Part shown: one piece after another, positions 27,401 through 42,400 of the stretch
How positions within the stretch are numbered: the first letter of the stretch is position 1
Layout: every line of letters starts with the position of its first letter
DNA from: Okamejei kenojei
Taxonomy: Eukaryota
Direction of reading: 5' to 3'
DNA length: 64,000 nt
Assembly: GCA_035221665.1 (NCBI GenBank)
Contig: CM069163.1
Span: forward strand, 21,328,001-21,392,000
The notes under the pieces: generated by a model
Told to the model about the DNA's origin: nothing
Databases searched by the model: none
The model's input: only the letters and a program-made list of their open reading frames with translations
Translations under genes and position numbers: made by a program

Positions 27401-30400
27401 TGCAGAGGGCTGATCTTGCTGGCCCATATACCCTTGAGTTGAATGCGGTGTGGTGACGTGGCTTTCAGTCCAAAATCCCCATTTCCAGATTGCCCTAGCA
27501 GAAGACCTTTTGTTTTGCTGGTCTCCTGACTCCAACCTTCATTATTGTATTATGCAGCAGCTTATCTGAGGATTTTTGAAAATAAGAAAAGTAATAGTTA
27601 TATCTACTGTATTGCCATTGTCCACACTCTCTGTTACCTCATCAAAGAACCTAGTAATATATGTTAAGAGATTTATCTTTATGAAATAGGAACTCAGTAC
27701 AGTACTTCATATTTTTGGAATGTTTTTCTGATAGGCATTCCATTTGTTCCTTACTAAAGTTAGACTGAATGTTCTTTAGTTCCTTCCTGTAGTCTGCATT
27801 TTTAGATGCTCAACTATTATTGTCTCTTATGTTCAGTGCATCATGTCAACAGTGGAAAGTGGAACCAAAAGAGCAGCTTTCATCCCAAATTACCACCTCA
27901 CCCTCTGCCAGCACGGCCAGCTTGATGCACAACAGCATGAACTTTTATCCAATTTTCCATGCATTTTAATATTTAGCCAAACGACTGCCTTTTGTTGAGC
28001 TGTGAACAAGCTTGGCAAGTTTGAAGATTATTTTCTTAGAACAATACAGCATTGGCATAGTCCCTTCGGCCAAAAATGTCTGAATATGGTGCGAAGTTAA
28101 ACAAATCTCTGCTTGCACTTGATGCATATCCCTCCATATGTCTATCTAAAAGCCTCTTAAACACATACATTTTATCTGCCTCCACTACCACCCATATTCC
28201 AGGAACCCACATTCTCCGTGTAAAAAAATTGCCAGGCACATTTAAACCTATGCCCTCTAGCCTGATATTCCACCCTGGAAACAAAGGTTCTTGCTGTCTA
28301 CTCTATCTGTGCCTCTCATAATTTTATAAATTTCTATCAGGACCTGCCTCAGCCTTCTATGGTCCGGAGAAAACAATCCAACCTCTCTTTGTAGTTAATA
28401 CCTTCTAATCCAGACAGCATTCTGGCAAACCTCTTCTGTACCTTTCCAAAAGTCTCCACATCCTTCCTATAATGGGGTGACCAAAACTGCGCAGGATACT
28501 CAACCAGAACTACACACAACTCTTGACAACTGGATTTTTTACTCACTATTTCAATGCAAAACCAAACAGACAAATAATGTCAGTCATGATGTCATTCAGT
28601 GCAGCATATTCTTTCTCAACATATATCAAACTGTGTTATTATAAAATAAAGAACTTTACTAACGGTGTTAACTAAAACTTTGTGGGTTCCTTAGTGTTAT
28701 ATACGCCTGAATTTCCCACTAAGCAGCTCAATACCTGTCCATTCATCATCAGAATACTTTAGGATAACCCCTTCATAAACTGATTAAATCTTCAATTGTG
28801 AACATTATCCAAATTATTTTACTTATTTTTTAGGGGCCACCTGGACCAGAGGGAGTAATTGGAATGCTGGGAGAGATGGGTCCAAAGGTAAGCCAATCAT
28901 TATTACAAACTATATATTGTATTGTTGAAGGTAATTGTTATGATATTTTAAATGTTTCATTCAGCTTCAAAACAAATTATTACAAATCAGATATGATGTG
29001 AGTTAAATTTATCATTAAGCTTCCTGTTCATTGCCTGAATAGTATGCAATATAGTGAGCCCCAGATTAACAGGTGGAGTGAGCCCAGTGACGCAAGTTCA
29101 TGTTCCACATCATCTTGCTTCTAAAACTGAGATTGTTCACTTAATTGTCACATTGTAATCCGTTTTGTCCTTTGTTTGCAGTACATCAGAACCAGTTTAA
29201 GGCTGCACAGATAAGTTTTATTGTAGTTTTTGGACCCTTAACCGGACAGTTCAAAAATTATTCTAACACTCCATAAAGAATTTCAACCAAGGTTCCAGAA
29301 CTGAGTGTGAAAACTTGTGATACATCAGGGAAATGTTCCGGAGTGGGGCATTAGGTTGTGCTCCTGTTGCCTAATTTTAGGTTTTGGCCACATTAACTTT
29401 TTTAAGTGAGCTCATGTTGTGGTATGAAAAAAAAAATCAGCAAGCTACTGCGAATAGCTGGCCAGCGAGTACCCTGTTGGTAGTCAAGCGCGCACAGTGA
29501 GCAACTGCCAGGGATTGGAATATAATTGTGGGGCCAAGACTAGCACTCCTCCTGCTGGTGCCACAAAGATCCGGTCAAATAAAGCATCTGTTTCTTTGGG
29601 AGAGGTCTCCATTAGTTCCTTCCAGAGCACAAGTTCACTTCTCAACCTGGAGAAACCACAACTGAAAAATGTAAAAGATTTATATCCTTATATCCCTTCA
29701 GCAATTCTTCTGGACAGCATAATGAGACTGATTGCCACAGATTCCATCTATATAGTGGGTGTATGGAAGAAGCTGCCATTGGAGGGAGTTGAGGCAAATA
29801 CTATAACAACATTTAAAAGAAACTTGAACAGATACATGGATGGGAAAGGTTTAGAGGGATATTGGCCAAACGCAGATAAATGGGACTAGTTTAAATGTGG
29901 CATCTTGGTTCGCATGGATGAGTTGGGTTGAAGGACCTACTTCTGTGCTGTCTGACTCTATATAGATGTGATCAAGTTACAAATTTTTCCTGAAGATTTT
30001 TTAATTTTTTAGGGGTTGCCTGGTCCTTTTGGTGAGCCTGGACTCCCAGGTGAAGTCGGAGAGAAGGTATGTCATTTTAATCGGTATTGATTGAACTTTC
30101 TATGGACAATGGAGGCTTTCGTTTTGAAGACTGGCTCTCTTATAACAACCCATTCCAACTGGGCAGCAAGACAGAATAAACCAGAATTACTACAGCAGGC
30201 TCTATTCTTCCTGCAAAATGTATTTAGCGGAAAAGGAAAGTGGGCTGAAAATAGCCCTCTGTGTTCTGAGTTTCCTTTGCAGTTTGTTAAATATGCACCT
30301 GTTTTCTATCATGTAATATCATTGGATCTGATTTTCTAAAAATGCCCAATTATGTATTTTATGAAGTAAACTTAGAGAAATATACCAGTATATACTGTAA

Positions 30401-33400
30401 GTAACTGTTTTAAAATCTGCCATCTTAAATGAGTTTTCATTTTGAGGGGTTGAAAGAAATTGCCAGCTCCAAATTTTCTGTTTCCACTACCTGAATACTA
30501 GCTGCAGGCAAAGTTTACATTGCACCAGATGTGAAATGCGCAGCAGCAGAACTTTTTCAATGACAATTATCAGGTTAATATACGTAGCTTTTACTTGTGG
30601 TGGCTGCTCAACTATGCAAGTCCACACAAAGTACACAAACAGAGCTTTGAAATAATGTATGCCTTTTTTCTACTCATCAAACCCTCCAATGTATTAAATG
30701 TGCTGTTTTTTAATTGAAGAATCAGTCAGCCATTCACTTCTTTGAGGGGGTTTTACCATTCAATTATATTACCATTCATCAGTACCTCAATTCCATTTAC
30801 CCACTTTTTCTTCTGTTTTGCATCAGTCGTTATTCCGAAAATGTACATTAACCCAATACCCACACTCTCTTGGAGATGAAATTCAAAACTTTATGATAAA
30901 ATGCTTGCTGATTGTAAATATTAGTGATTTAATTCTAAATATTCCCTCTGCTCCAATACAGGAAATAGTTATTTTTGTATCAACATCTCACTTAAATTAC
31001 CCTCAAATTTATAAACTCAAGGGACTACTAGCTAGGTTTATCCAATATGATCTCATAATTTAACTTTTATGTTTATAATCATGTGAGTCTGCCCAACATT
31101 TGCTCAAAAGCTTGAGAGGCAGCGCCCAAAACAGTACTCCAGATGGGATCTAATCAAAACTCTAAATTATTTCCTTGCTTTTGAAATTTGGCCTCGAGAT
31201 AAAGGCCATAAACTATTAGACTTTTGTATTAACTATATAAATTGAATTATAAGACTTTTGTTTACAATTTATACCTATGCATAAAATATTAATAGATTTT
31301 CAACATAGATATTTGAATCTTTTTACACATCCATAACTCAGCAAGAAAACAGCAATGTGCCTGACTTTGTTTGATCCAAAGTGGACAATTTTGCATCACT
31401 CCACACTGAACCCATTTGTCATAATTTGCATCTTTTCTCTTATTTATGTATTTTCATAAATTTATGCTCCTGTCTACATAATTTACTGTGCGTCCTAACA
31501 TAGTGCTCATGTGCAAACTTCCTTTATCTTAGTCAATAGCTTTGATTTTTAAAAAAAGCTAATGGTCCTGCACAGACTTTATGGAAATGCTTTTAGTTAC
31601 ATTCCCAGCAAACAAAGAATGAACTGATCAATCTTGCTCTGAGCTTCTATCAACAATTGCTTATCTATTCACATATTTACCTACAATTCTAAGTACAGTT
31701 TTGCTGATTATCTCTAGTGTGGAATCTTAACAGGTACTTTCTCAAAGTCCATTTGACAACATCCATGAACACTAACCAGAAAAAACAAAACCATAACATT
31801 TGATATCCAATAGCCCAGAAAATCTGCTAGACTTGTGCCACTGTGTCCCAAAGGTCGTGGGTTATTGTAGTTTACTGTACAAGCCATTAATGTCATGCAT
31901 ATGAGATGTATAGGTAGTTGCCTCTTGCACCTATACTCTATGTTCACAAAGCAACACAATCAGGAACTCGTAACAATAAAGCACTAATGAACTATTGAAC
32001 TAAACATGTATTAAGTCTGAGAAAACTGTATTAGTTGAACAACAGTCTGTATTGCAACCTCACAATTCCAGAAATTCCCTTTTGCGAGTCAGGAACCTTT
32101 GAGACCCAGTGCTGGAAGTTGATGGTCGTGGGAGAGAGAATAGTTTAGAGAAAAAACCTGGGGCATGGAACTGAGAGCTACATAGAATCAATGTATCTAA
32201 CAACCCATAAGAAAAGAAAAGATGAAATACAAATAAAATGCTAACAATTCATAGAATGAATGCACACAGTCTTTTCAAGAACTAGAGGGCATAGCTTGTG
32301 AGAGGGGAAAGATATAAAAGGAACCTGAAAGGCAACCCTTTCACACAGAAGGTGGTAAACAGATGGAACCCGCTGCCAGAGAAGATCGAGCAGATGCAAT
32401 GACAACATTCAAAAGTAGTTTGGACAGGTACATGCATAGGAAAGATATAGAGGGATTTGGTCCAAATATGGGCAAATGTGACTAGTCAAGATAGGGGTAT
32501 CTTGGTCGGCATGGATATGCTGGGCCAAAGGGCCTATTTCCATGCTGTATGACTCTATGACTAATACAAGCGCTGCACATTTCATGACAACCCACTGAGG
32601 AGTAAAATGCTCCATGCATGTACATGTACAATGACAGGACCTCCATACAAAGCAGAGCTTTAACCTCAGCTGAAATATACTTCTCACATGTACTTCTTGC
32701 TAACTCTGACTATGAACTCAACTCACTCCCACAATTACGAGAAGGGTGTACACAGGCTGCTGTGTCTGTGTCTGCTGTTCCTATACAGCTGTTTTTTTAA
32801 TCATTAAATATTACTTACTTTTATCCTTAGATGATTTTGAACATATCTCACCCTGTCAATCGCTCAATGAGACCCCATGGACTCAAAAATCCAATTATCC
32901 TTCCAAATTGTTAAAAAGTTTGCACTAATGGGCCTGTCCCACTTAGGCGATTTGTCCGGCAACTGTAAAGTCGTAGCAGGTCGCTAAACAAACGGCGACT
33001 GGAACGGCGGCTGACAGAGTGGAACACACACACACACATGTACACATCACTTCCTTCACCAGCCAGTTATGCAGGCGGAGGACAGGGCAAGCGGGGGAGT
33101 GCTGTCTGAGTGAAATTCACACGGTGCAAAGCCAATGTGATACAGACACACACCACAATGAACAGGAAGGTTGGCGCTGTAACTACGACGGTGAAAGCAC
33201 AGTGTACGGGAAGGGTCACGTTTGTCCTTTAAAAGAGGGGGGAGAAGTAGTGGAGACAACTTTAAAGACGCCAGAGATACACGGCTGTGAAGCTCGGCAG
33301 ACATTAACATTACCGGTCCGTTATCCTTGGTTCTGAAACAACTGTTTACATTTTTTTTCCCAATGAGCCAATGAAATTCACCGGCGACAACCTATGACAA

Positions 33401-36400
33401 CCAACGACCTCCTGGCAACCCACTACCACTGCACCTATGTCACGAGAATTCACGCTACTCTCCATGGCGTCAAAATTCTGGTCGCCGCTAATTTTTCGAC
33501 TAGTTAGGAGAATGCGGGAACTACTCACCACCAGTCAGGCGACACCCCGCAACCTCCGTCGAACATGTGACGACCTTATAGTCTCCCGTTGTCACCTAAA
33601 AAGTCGAGTAAGTGGGACAAACCCATAAACCTTCCTTATTTAATACAAAAATCTCAACAATTGTATATTGATTTATACAAGCTGTGATTTGATTACACTA
33701 TCTCCATTCTGTTACTACAACACCTTCATAAACAGTTCAATCTAGAAATATTTGATGCTTCATATTCAACATTAGCATGCCAAAAGTGCTTTAATGGTGA
33801 AAAGTCTAAGCTTGTCAGCAATGCACAATTTGTGAATGGGTTTTATTTTCATGATAGTTCTAATATTTATCACTTTCAAAGATTTGGGACAGAACCAGAT
33901 CTATTGCCGCAATCTTTGCTAAGTATGGGTTGACCTGCAAATCTTTGTCCATAGTTACCTCTTAAGGGGTTGAATTCCCCTCTGGATGGCAGTAGAGTTA
34001 AAACTACATTGGAATGGGTGAAATGACCTACAGCCCATTACATCTTTAAGAGCAGTCTTTTGAGGTCAGCATTGTGTGTTGTCTCTTTGCTGCTAACTAC
34101 AAAATCTGTACCATTGTTTATCTCCATAAAACAGTGAATTTCTAGACAACGGGTGCTGATAAAGTTAGAACTCTAGCAGTCTTGAGTATTCCATGACTGG
34201 ACTGCGTAAAATCATAGGGAAAGCAGAGGTTTACTTTATCTGAAGACATCCCTTGTGTAACGTTGATAATAGCAACGTAGATTTTAGATTTTTTTAATGT
34301 CATACAAAGTTTCCTCATGATATATTTGAAATGGCAAATCAAGAATTTGTTCCATGTTTATCAAATAACATAATTTTAACTTAATAAGTTTCAATAGCAT
34401 GGGTGTACTTACAGGCAAGTTGATGATGTGAACTGAAGTTTCAGTGAAATTTGTCAAAGCATGCCATTAGTTTTTTTGCATTTTCTGCTGACTAATAAGA
34501 CAATTTGCACAAAACCTGTATTTTAATTATTGTCTTTTGACCAGAATTGAATGATACAAAGGGATTTGAGATTTAGAGTTTGTGAATTAATGCAAATGTT
34601 TCGAATGTTCTGACCTACAGGGTGCAATTGGTCCAGCTGGAGTTGCAGGTGAACAAGGACTCATGGGTCAAAGGGTGAGTTATTGATTATGTGACATTTC
34701 ATTGCTCTTTGCGTTCCCAATATGAAAACTTATTCCAAAAGCATTCTTCCCGAGTGTCATGGAGGAGGCCGACAGGAATGAAAATCTCCATATTCCATCC
34801 TGAATTGTTGTTGTCCCTCTCATTTGTGTGTTAGCAACACCTATTATCCTTTGTAGCGAACAGTTGCTGTAATAACCAACATAACACAAGGGTGCCCAGA
34901 AATACCAGCATCTACATTATCATGCCCTTGTGTACCTTAGTAAAAAAACACATAGCTTAAATGTTTAAGAAAGAACTGCAGATGCTGCAAAAATCGAAGG
35001 TAGACAAAAGTGCTGGAGAAACTCAGCGGGTGAGGCAGCATCTATGGAGAGAAGGAATAGTCAATGTTTCAGGTCGAGACCCTTCTTCAGACTGATATAC
35101 AAACAATTAAAGGTAGAAATATTACTATGCGTTTATTTTTTTGAAAATTTTACAAGGGTTTCTTGACCCATGTACTTCTGCAATATTTGAAAATGTATAT
35201 TGTCAGAGTGCTGGTTATGTGGAAATGGAGGTTATCATGTTTTGCAATCAGTCATAACTTAAGTCACTTAATGGTTTTACAAAGTATCACAGACAGTTCA
35301 GGTAATTCTGGTAGAGAAAATCAACAAAACTGCAGATGCTGGAAATGGAAATACTCAGCAAGCGAGGCCACATCTGTGGAAGAGAAACAGAGTTAACATT
35401 TCCATTCAAAGACCTTTTGTCAGAACTGGAAGGAGAAAAAAAAAGCTTGTTAAGTTGTGTGTAAAAAACTAGCAGTGCTCCCTTTTCCTTCCTTTTTTTT
35501 GCTCAGTTCTAAGGCAGGTAATTGGTAATTGTTTTTATGGGAAAAAAGGTTTGCACGGACATGGTGATCCCTAGGCCAGACCATGAGCTGCACCACTCTA
35601 TGAATCTGCTTCAGAAGTGGTGCAAGTGCCCAGCCAGACCTGGCCATGTCTTCCTGCTTTCCATTTGCATCTCATACATTGCTTGGCTAAGAACCTTTGT
35701 CCATGGTCTCACACTCTAACTGCTCCCATTCACTCATCGACCAGATCATCTTGTTGATAGTTTATTCCATGGTCACCCCTGTTTTACCCTGTCAGAGAAA
35801 TCCCCATCTCCCAAAATCCCTGCAGTTTAACAATCTACAGAAACACACCAAGTATTTATGTTCTGTCCCGATACAGGGTCGACCATTCCTTTATATCCAC
35901 ACGTGCTGGTCAACCCACTGAGTTCCTCTTGCAGGTTGTTGGCTGCTAAAGATTCCAGCACCTGTAGTCCCTCGTGTCTCCTTTTTATTTTCTGTTATGC
36001 TGACCAACCATTAAATTACCATTTAAGAAATTGATTGTTTTCTTTAGTAATCCATCCATGTTCTTTGCAAATAATCCTGTAGTCTGATTGCATCAAGTGT
36101 CTGTGGTCACTTCTCCATTCCAATACACTACCCTTTCAAATCAATATTTCTCCCCGCCCCATAGTTCCAAACAGCAGCTCTATAAACCTCAGTGCTTCCC
36201 AAACACCAATAGACACATTATGTTTAACACAAGCATAAGCATAACACAAAATGATTTGCTTCATTGAGTGACCTTGTAAATTAGGAGTTCCTCTGTTAAA
36301 TCCTGCAACATCTTTGTAGGCACGTAATTTAAGACATCTTAAGGACCATCAAACCTTGCCATTCTCTATTCTGATTGCAGCACCCAATTCTTCTTATAGT

Positions 36401-39400
36401 CTGTCTATAAGTTTATATGGGTCTGTGGTGAGATTACGTAAATAGAATGCATTAACTGTATACTACTTATTATTATTAATTTAATGTTACAAATTATGCT
36501 TTGAGATAATTTTTACGACATAATGACCAGACAAAACTGACATCAATCATTTTTTTTATTTGCAAAGGGTGAGCCTGGTCTGGTTGGTGACGATGGACCC
36601 ATGGGAATTGATGGGGTCAAGGTAAGTATTTAAAGCATGAAAATACACAAGCATGATATCAGTGGAACTGAAATCTGAAGAGAGCAGCTAAAGATCACAC
36701 AGGCATGAATTTATCTTCAGCATCCAAGACATTTTAATTTAATATATGCATAGCATATTTTAAATTAACATTTTTTAATATGCACATATTATTTTCTCCA
36801 ATTTGGCTATTTCAAAGCATGGGAGAACATTTTTTTTGATGGACTGTTACTGTTCTTGCTTCACATTATTTTGCCAGAGACAATATCTAATGCATTACTC
36901 ATAGATATGTTCATATTGTTTATTTGAGCATTAAAGTTCCAGTAAGGTTGCATATTATAGCAGAAATTACAGATCTTGCAATATTTGGCGTCTAGTGCAA
37001 TGGGCCAGGCTGTGCAACTCACTCCCCATTTGCTTCTTGATCAATAACTGTGAGCTCTGACCTCTCTCTTGCCAGCACTATTAACTACTACAATTACCTA
37101 TCTCAAAGCCACCAGTTTCAGCAATAGACCTAGAAATGAACTCAATCATGTCTAACGATGAACATGTATTGAACATACATTATGTACACTAAGATAAAAC
37201 ATTCTACAGTATTAGTTCAACGGCATGATTTAAAGGTTTTTAAATATATATAAAATCTGTAGTTTAAACTGTTTTATCATCCAGAAACAAATGTGCCTGC
37301 TTAATTTTGCAGATGATTTCAATTAATAAAATATGTATTTTAGTTGTTTTATCCAGTCAACCCAGTCAAATCTTTTTTTAAGTTCATCCCACAAATCAGG
37401 TGGTGCATTAACTGACAGATCAGTACTGTACTGAGAAAGTACCACTTTGTCAAAGGTGTTGTCTTTTATGTGAGATGTTAGACCACGCTGCTCTCTGCCC
37501 TCTCATGTCTGATATCCGATAATAGTTCCTTAGCCAACTTAAATTGAATGGTCTGTCCCGAAGCAGTGTCTCCACTGGAAACATCAACCATCTCACTGCC
37601 CCCACACATGCTGCCTGACCCGCTGAGCCCCTCCAACAGCTTGTTAAATAAATGATCAGACCATACATTTTAACCGTGTGTGTTTGTGGTATGTGCAAGG
37701 CAGTTGCCGTTGCCAGATGTATTCCATTGACTAAAACTCGATTTGAACTTCAGAAGTTCATAAAATGCTGAATAGAATTTTCATTTATACACAAAGTCTG
37801 ATATATATTTGCAGAATTTTGTGTTTGCAATTTTTGAAAGTGGCATTTTAAAAAGGGAGAGCTACATCTTTCCTTAAAATTTATAAGATGAGAATTTTCA
37901 TGGAGTGAATACTAAAACCCCTTTAGAAATGTTTCCACAAGGAAGATAAAAACTACTCGTGCTTCCGGTGGACAAGGTATTATGATACTATTTAAAATGA
38001 ACATTCTCTGCACAAAATAAAAATTGATTACTACATAATGAACACTAATAATTAAGTAAAGTTAAAACCCTTAGCATTGAAGACACACAATGGCATCAAG
38101 AGCAGAATGTCTTTCAACATAGCGTGAGTGATTTGAATTTGCCCCAGGCAATGAATGGGTTCCATGATACAGACATCTATAAGTGGATTTTGACAACAGT
38201 AATTTTGACACACACCCCCAGCGACCTGAGTTTGATCCTGAATTTGGGTATTATGGTGTGTGTACGCTCTCTCTGTGACCATGTGGGTTTCCTTTGGGCG
38301 CTCCAGTTTCCTCCTGCATCCCAAAGATGTGCAGGTTTATTGGTTAATTGGCTTCTGTAAAATTGCCCTTAATCTGTAGGGAGTAGATGAGAGTGGGATA
38401 ACATGGAACTAGTGTGAGCACGTGATCGAAGTTCAGTGTAGCTCAGTGGCTCAAAGGGCCTGTTTCCATGCTGTGTCTCTAAAATGAAAACTAACGTCAG
38501 AAAATACACAACAATCACTCTATTATGATAATCACACCTGCACAGTATTATAATGAATGGCATCAAAAGCACGTGACTGATAAGAAAGAACAAGTACTGA
38601 AAATGGAGAGAGAGAAAATGAGTTTTGTTGTTCATCGAGTGAGGCTGAAAGTCTAAAATATCAAGAGAAAAAGCCATAAGTTAAAAGTTGTGAGAGATTT
38701 AAAACAGAGCCTTGGGTGAGGGTTTAAAGCAAGGAGAGGGTGGCATGACTTTTTATAGCAGGGCGAGGGTGGGGTGTGGTTTAAAGCAGGGAGAGATTGG
38801 GATGATGGTTTAAAGCAGAGACGGGTGGGGTGAGTACTTGAAGCAATGTCACATAAAAGAGTTAAAGTGGCAAGAAAGCAAGCAGAGACTTTAGAACAGT
38901 GACTGGCACTTTTAAACAAATGGCAAATAATTGAAAAGTACTTTTAGCCCAAAAGATAAAATATTGATTATAATTTATAGATTATAATGTTTTAACATTT
39001 GTGTCGCAAAATAGATCTAGAAATATAAGAATCAATTTCTCTGGGTAATCTCATCTCATGACTAGCATTAAACGTCATATTGTATGGCTAGAAATGTAAC
39101 CCTAAATTATCAGGATTAACTATACAAAAAGTGAAGACAAGCATCTGCCTTGTGGTTGGGAAATTGTTAGAAAATAAGTTTGTACTTCAATATATCAAAA
39201 TATTACAATGCAGTTAAGGTATGCCCAGTACTATAGTCCCATCTTGCAAGTATAGCTTGTATGGTAAGGAAAAATGTCTTCACTTGGTAAGTTGTAAACT
39301 TTGCAAATCTCAGTCTCAGTGGTTGATGAACGCTCAATCATGAATTATATTTCAATGTTATCAAAAATCAGTTTGAAAGCATGACTTGATGTACAGGATC

Positions 39401-42400
39401 TCTAGGAACAGTGGACTGGACTCAAGAAGCTTCTTATGTTTTTAGAAGTTTAAAAAACAGACAATAAATAAGCAAATGCATGGCAGGTGAAATTTCAATC
39501 AGGATACTTTGAAGTGTGTGTGTTGGTGGAAAGATGCAATTTTAATAGATTTACAGGAACCCAGATGTGAAAGTGCACAAATCTCTGAGAATAGCAGGGC
39601 AAGTTTAAAAGGCAAAAACTTGATAAAATGCTGCTAAATACCGCTGCTGAAAATACCAGAAACCCAAGTTTTAAAGTGAGTGGTAAAAAATAAAATGAAC
39701 AGGAAAACTAAAGGGAAAAAAAGGGATTAACTGATAACTGCGAAAGAGTGATCAGTAGTTCCAGCTGTAACAAAGTACTATTAATGGTCTTGTTAGTGTT
39801 TGTAAATTTGACTGGTGTGATTTTAAACAACACCATTTGTCCTAATCTATTGAGTATCTCAAAAATAAATGATAACTTTTTCAAAACCACTGAATCCCAT
39901 CAAAAATGTATCCTGTTTCAAAATGTTCATATCTATCTCTAATTGTTCCTAACTTGAATATGGCACTCTATGGTCTTTAGACTTTAGAGATACAACACAG
40001 AAACTGGCCCTTCGACCCAGCGAGTGCGCGCCAACCAGCGATCACCCTGTACCCTAACCCACACTCATTAAGGACAATTTTACAACTTACCAAAGCCAAT
40101 TAAGCCTGGTACGTCTTTGGAGTGTGGGAAGAAACCGGAGCACCCGGAGAAAACCTACACGATCATTACTCCGTACAGACAGCACCCATAATCGGGATCG
40201 AAGCCGGGTCTGTGGGCGGCAACTCTACTGCTGCACCATTGTGCCACTCCTCAAGTGCCTCAGCATAGCACGTGCTTCTTAACTTATTTAATGACCACCT
40301 AAGGGGACACAAAAGGCTGGAGAAACTCAGCGGGTGCAGCAGCATCTAAGGAGCGAAGGAGATAGGCGACGTTTCGGGTCGAGACCCTTCTTCAGACCAC
40401 CTAATGACCACCTAATATCTCTGTTATTGCTTTTTAACACTGGGCCACAACATACAGATGACTAACTGGCGAGTCCATGGGAATCGCCTCTTTGCTCTAA
40501 CCAGTCATATCTAGAGTAGTCCTTTCATTTGAATAAGGTCAATGGCCTTTCACACTTACTTACGTATGTTTTTCATTTATTTTTATGTAATATTTGCTGA
40601 ATGCTGTAATGCCATGCTGCTAATATAACTTGGTTTAAAGGCAACATATCTTGCTGGTCCTACAACATATCTTGCTGGTCCTATTGTGACTGAATGAGCT
40701 ACATCTGACTGAGCACCTTAATTTTTTTTCTCCCGTTAGGGTGACAAAGGAGACCCAGGGACAGAAGGGGATAAAGGAGAGAAGGGGACCGAAGGATTAA
40801 AAGGAAAAGAAGGACCACCAGGAGTACCAGGAATCACGGGAGTACAAGTAAGAATAATTTCTAATGATTTCTACAGAAAGTGGTGTGACTGGAGATAACA
40901 ATTTACAAGAAGTAACAGTGATGTATCTTGCAACAGAGGAATATTATTACATGGGAAGATTTAAATCAATAATTATTTGCTGATCCACTAACTTCATGAT
41001 ATCAAGGTATCCACAGTTACCAATAATGTTAAGTAATTAGCTCTGGTGCAAGGTGCAGTTGTACAGTTAGGTTTATAATATTAGAACTAAAAAGCAAAAA
41101 AAGTGCAGGTTGGAAATTTGAAATAAAAATAGAAAATTCGAGAAATACTCAGCAGACCAGGCAAAATCTATAAAGAGAGAAACATAATTGGCAGAAAAAT
41201 CTAGTTTTGATGAAAGGTCATTGATTAAATCATTAACTCTGTTCAGTTTTACATTCTGCACAAAATTCCAGCGAGACCTGCTATTTCCATTTTATCAAAA
41301 CATAACTTGCAAGGAAAGTGTTCTTATACAAGTATATTTTGTGTTACTCCTGTTCAAAAGGTAGATTTAAGAATGAAACATCCCATCAATGACATAGTTT
41401 TTCATCAACGCGAGGAAATTGCCATCTCGCTTAAGTCTGCATGACTTCTGCTGCCACTTGTTGCTGAACAATCTTGGTGGCTGTCTAGAATTTGGACTGT
41501 TTCATTGTGCTACCAATCCTTCCTGTTCTAGTCTCAGAAATAAATAACAGATTGTTCACTGTTCAGGTAATTAATTGCATCATGAGTTATGTTGTGGTGG
41601 ACGAAGTGGTAATGTAATTGAGCAGCTCATTTTGTCACTGAATTATTTCACTGGTTACGTTATAATGAAATGCTTAGATAATTCTGATATTCTATCTGTA
41701 AAATCTTGGAAATGAATTTTATTTTCTTGAGTCATCCATCTCATAAATATGGGGAGAAATAATAGTATCTAATTTATTAATTCATCGTTCATAAAATATA
41801 TTTCTTGGATTTAATAGATAGAATAACTGAATCAGCAAGATGGTATAGCTTTCGTGTAGAGGGCATAGCTTTAAGATGAAAGTTTAAAGGAGATGTGCGG
41901 GGCAAATTGTTTTACACAGAGGGTGCTGAGTTTCTGGAATGCACTGCCAGAGGTGGTGGTGGTGGTGGAGGCAAATATGATAGAGGCATTTAAGAGCATT
42001 TTGGATAAGCACATGGAAATGCAAATAATTGGAGAGAAATGTATTATGTGCAGGTAGATGACATTAGTTATCATGGCATCATGTTTGGCACTGACGGTGT
42101 GAGCCGAAGGGTCTGTTCCTTTTCTATATACAATGTTCCAGTTTCATTAAAGAAATGGAAAGTTGATTCCAGCTTTGTTGTCTCCTCTCCTCGGGATATG
42201 GAAATTGGATTTCATGATGGTTATTTTCTCTCTAAGAGTCTGGGTTGTCTTTCATTGAACCACTTAACTTAAATATATAACTTAAATATAATTACAGTAC
42301 AGGTAATTTGCTTTGCTCTGAAGTGGTATTTGCATTCAGAAGAAACTTTGTGTTAACAAAAGTCACAAATCAATTCAGTTTAGTGTCAGTGGGGAAATGG

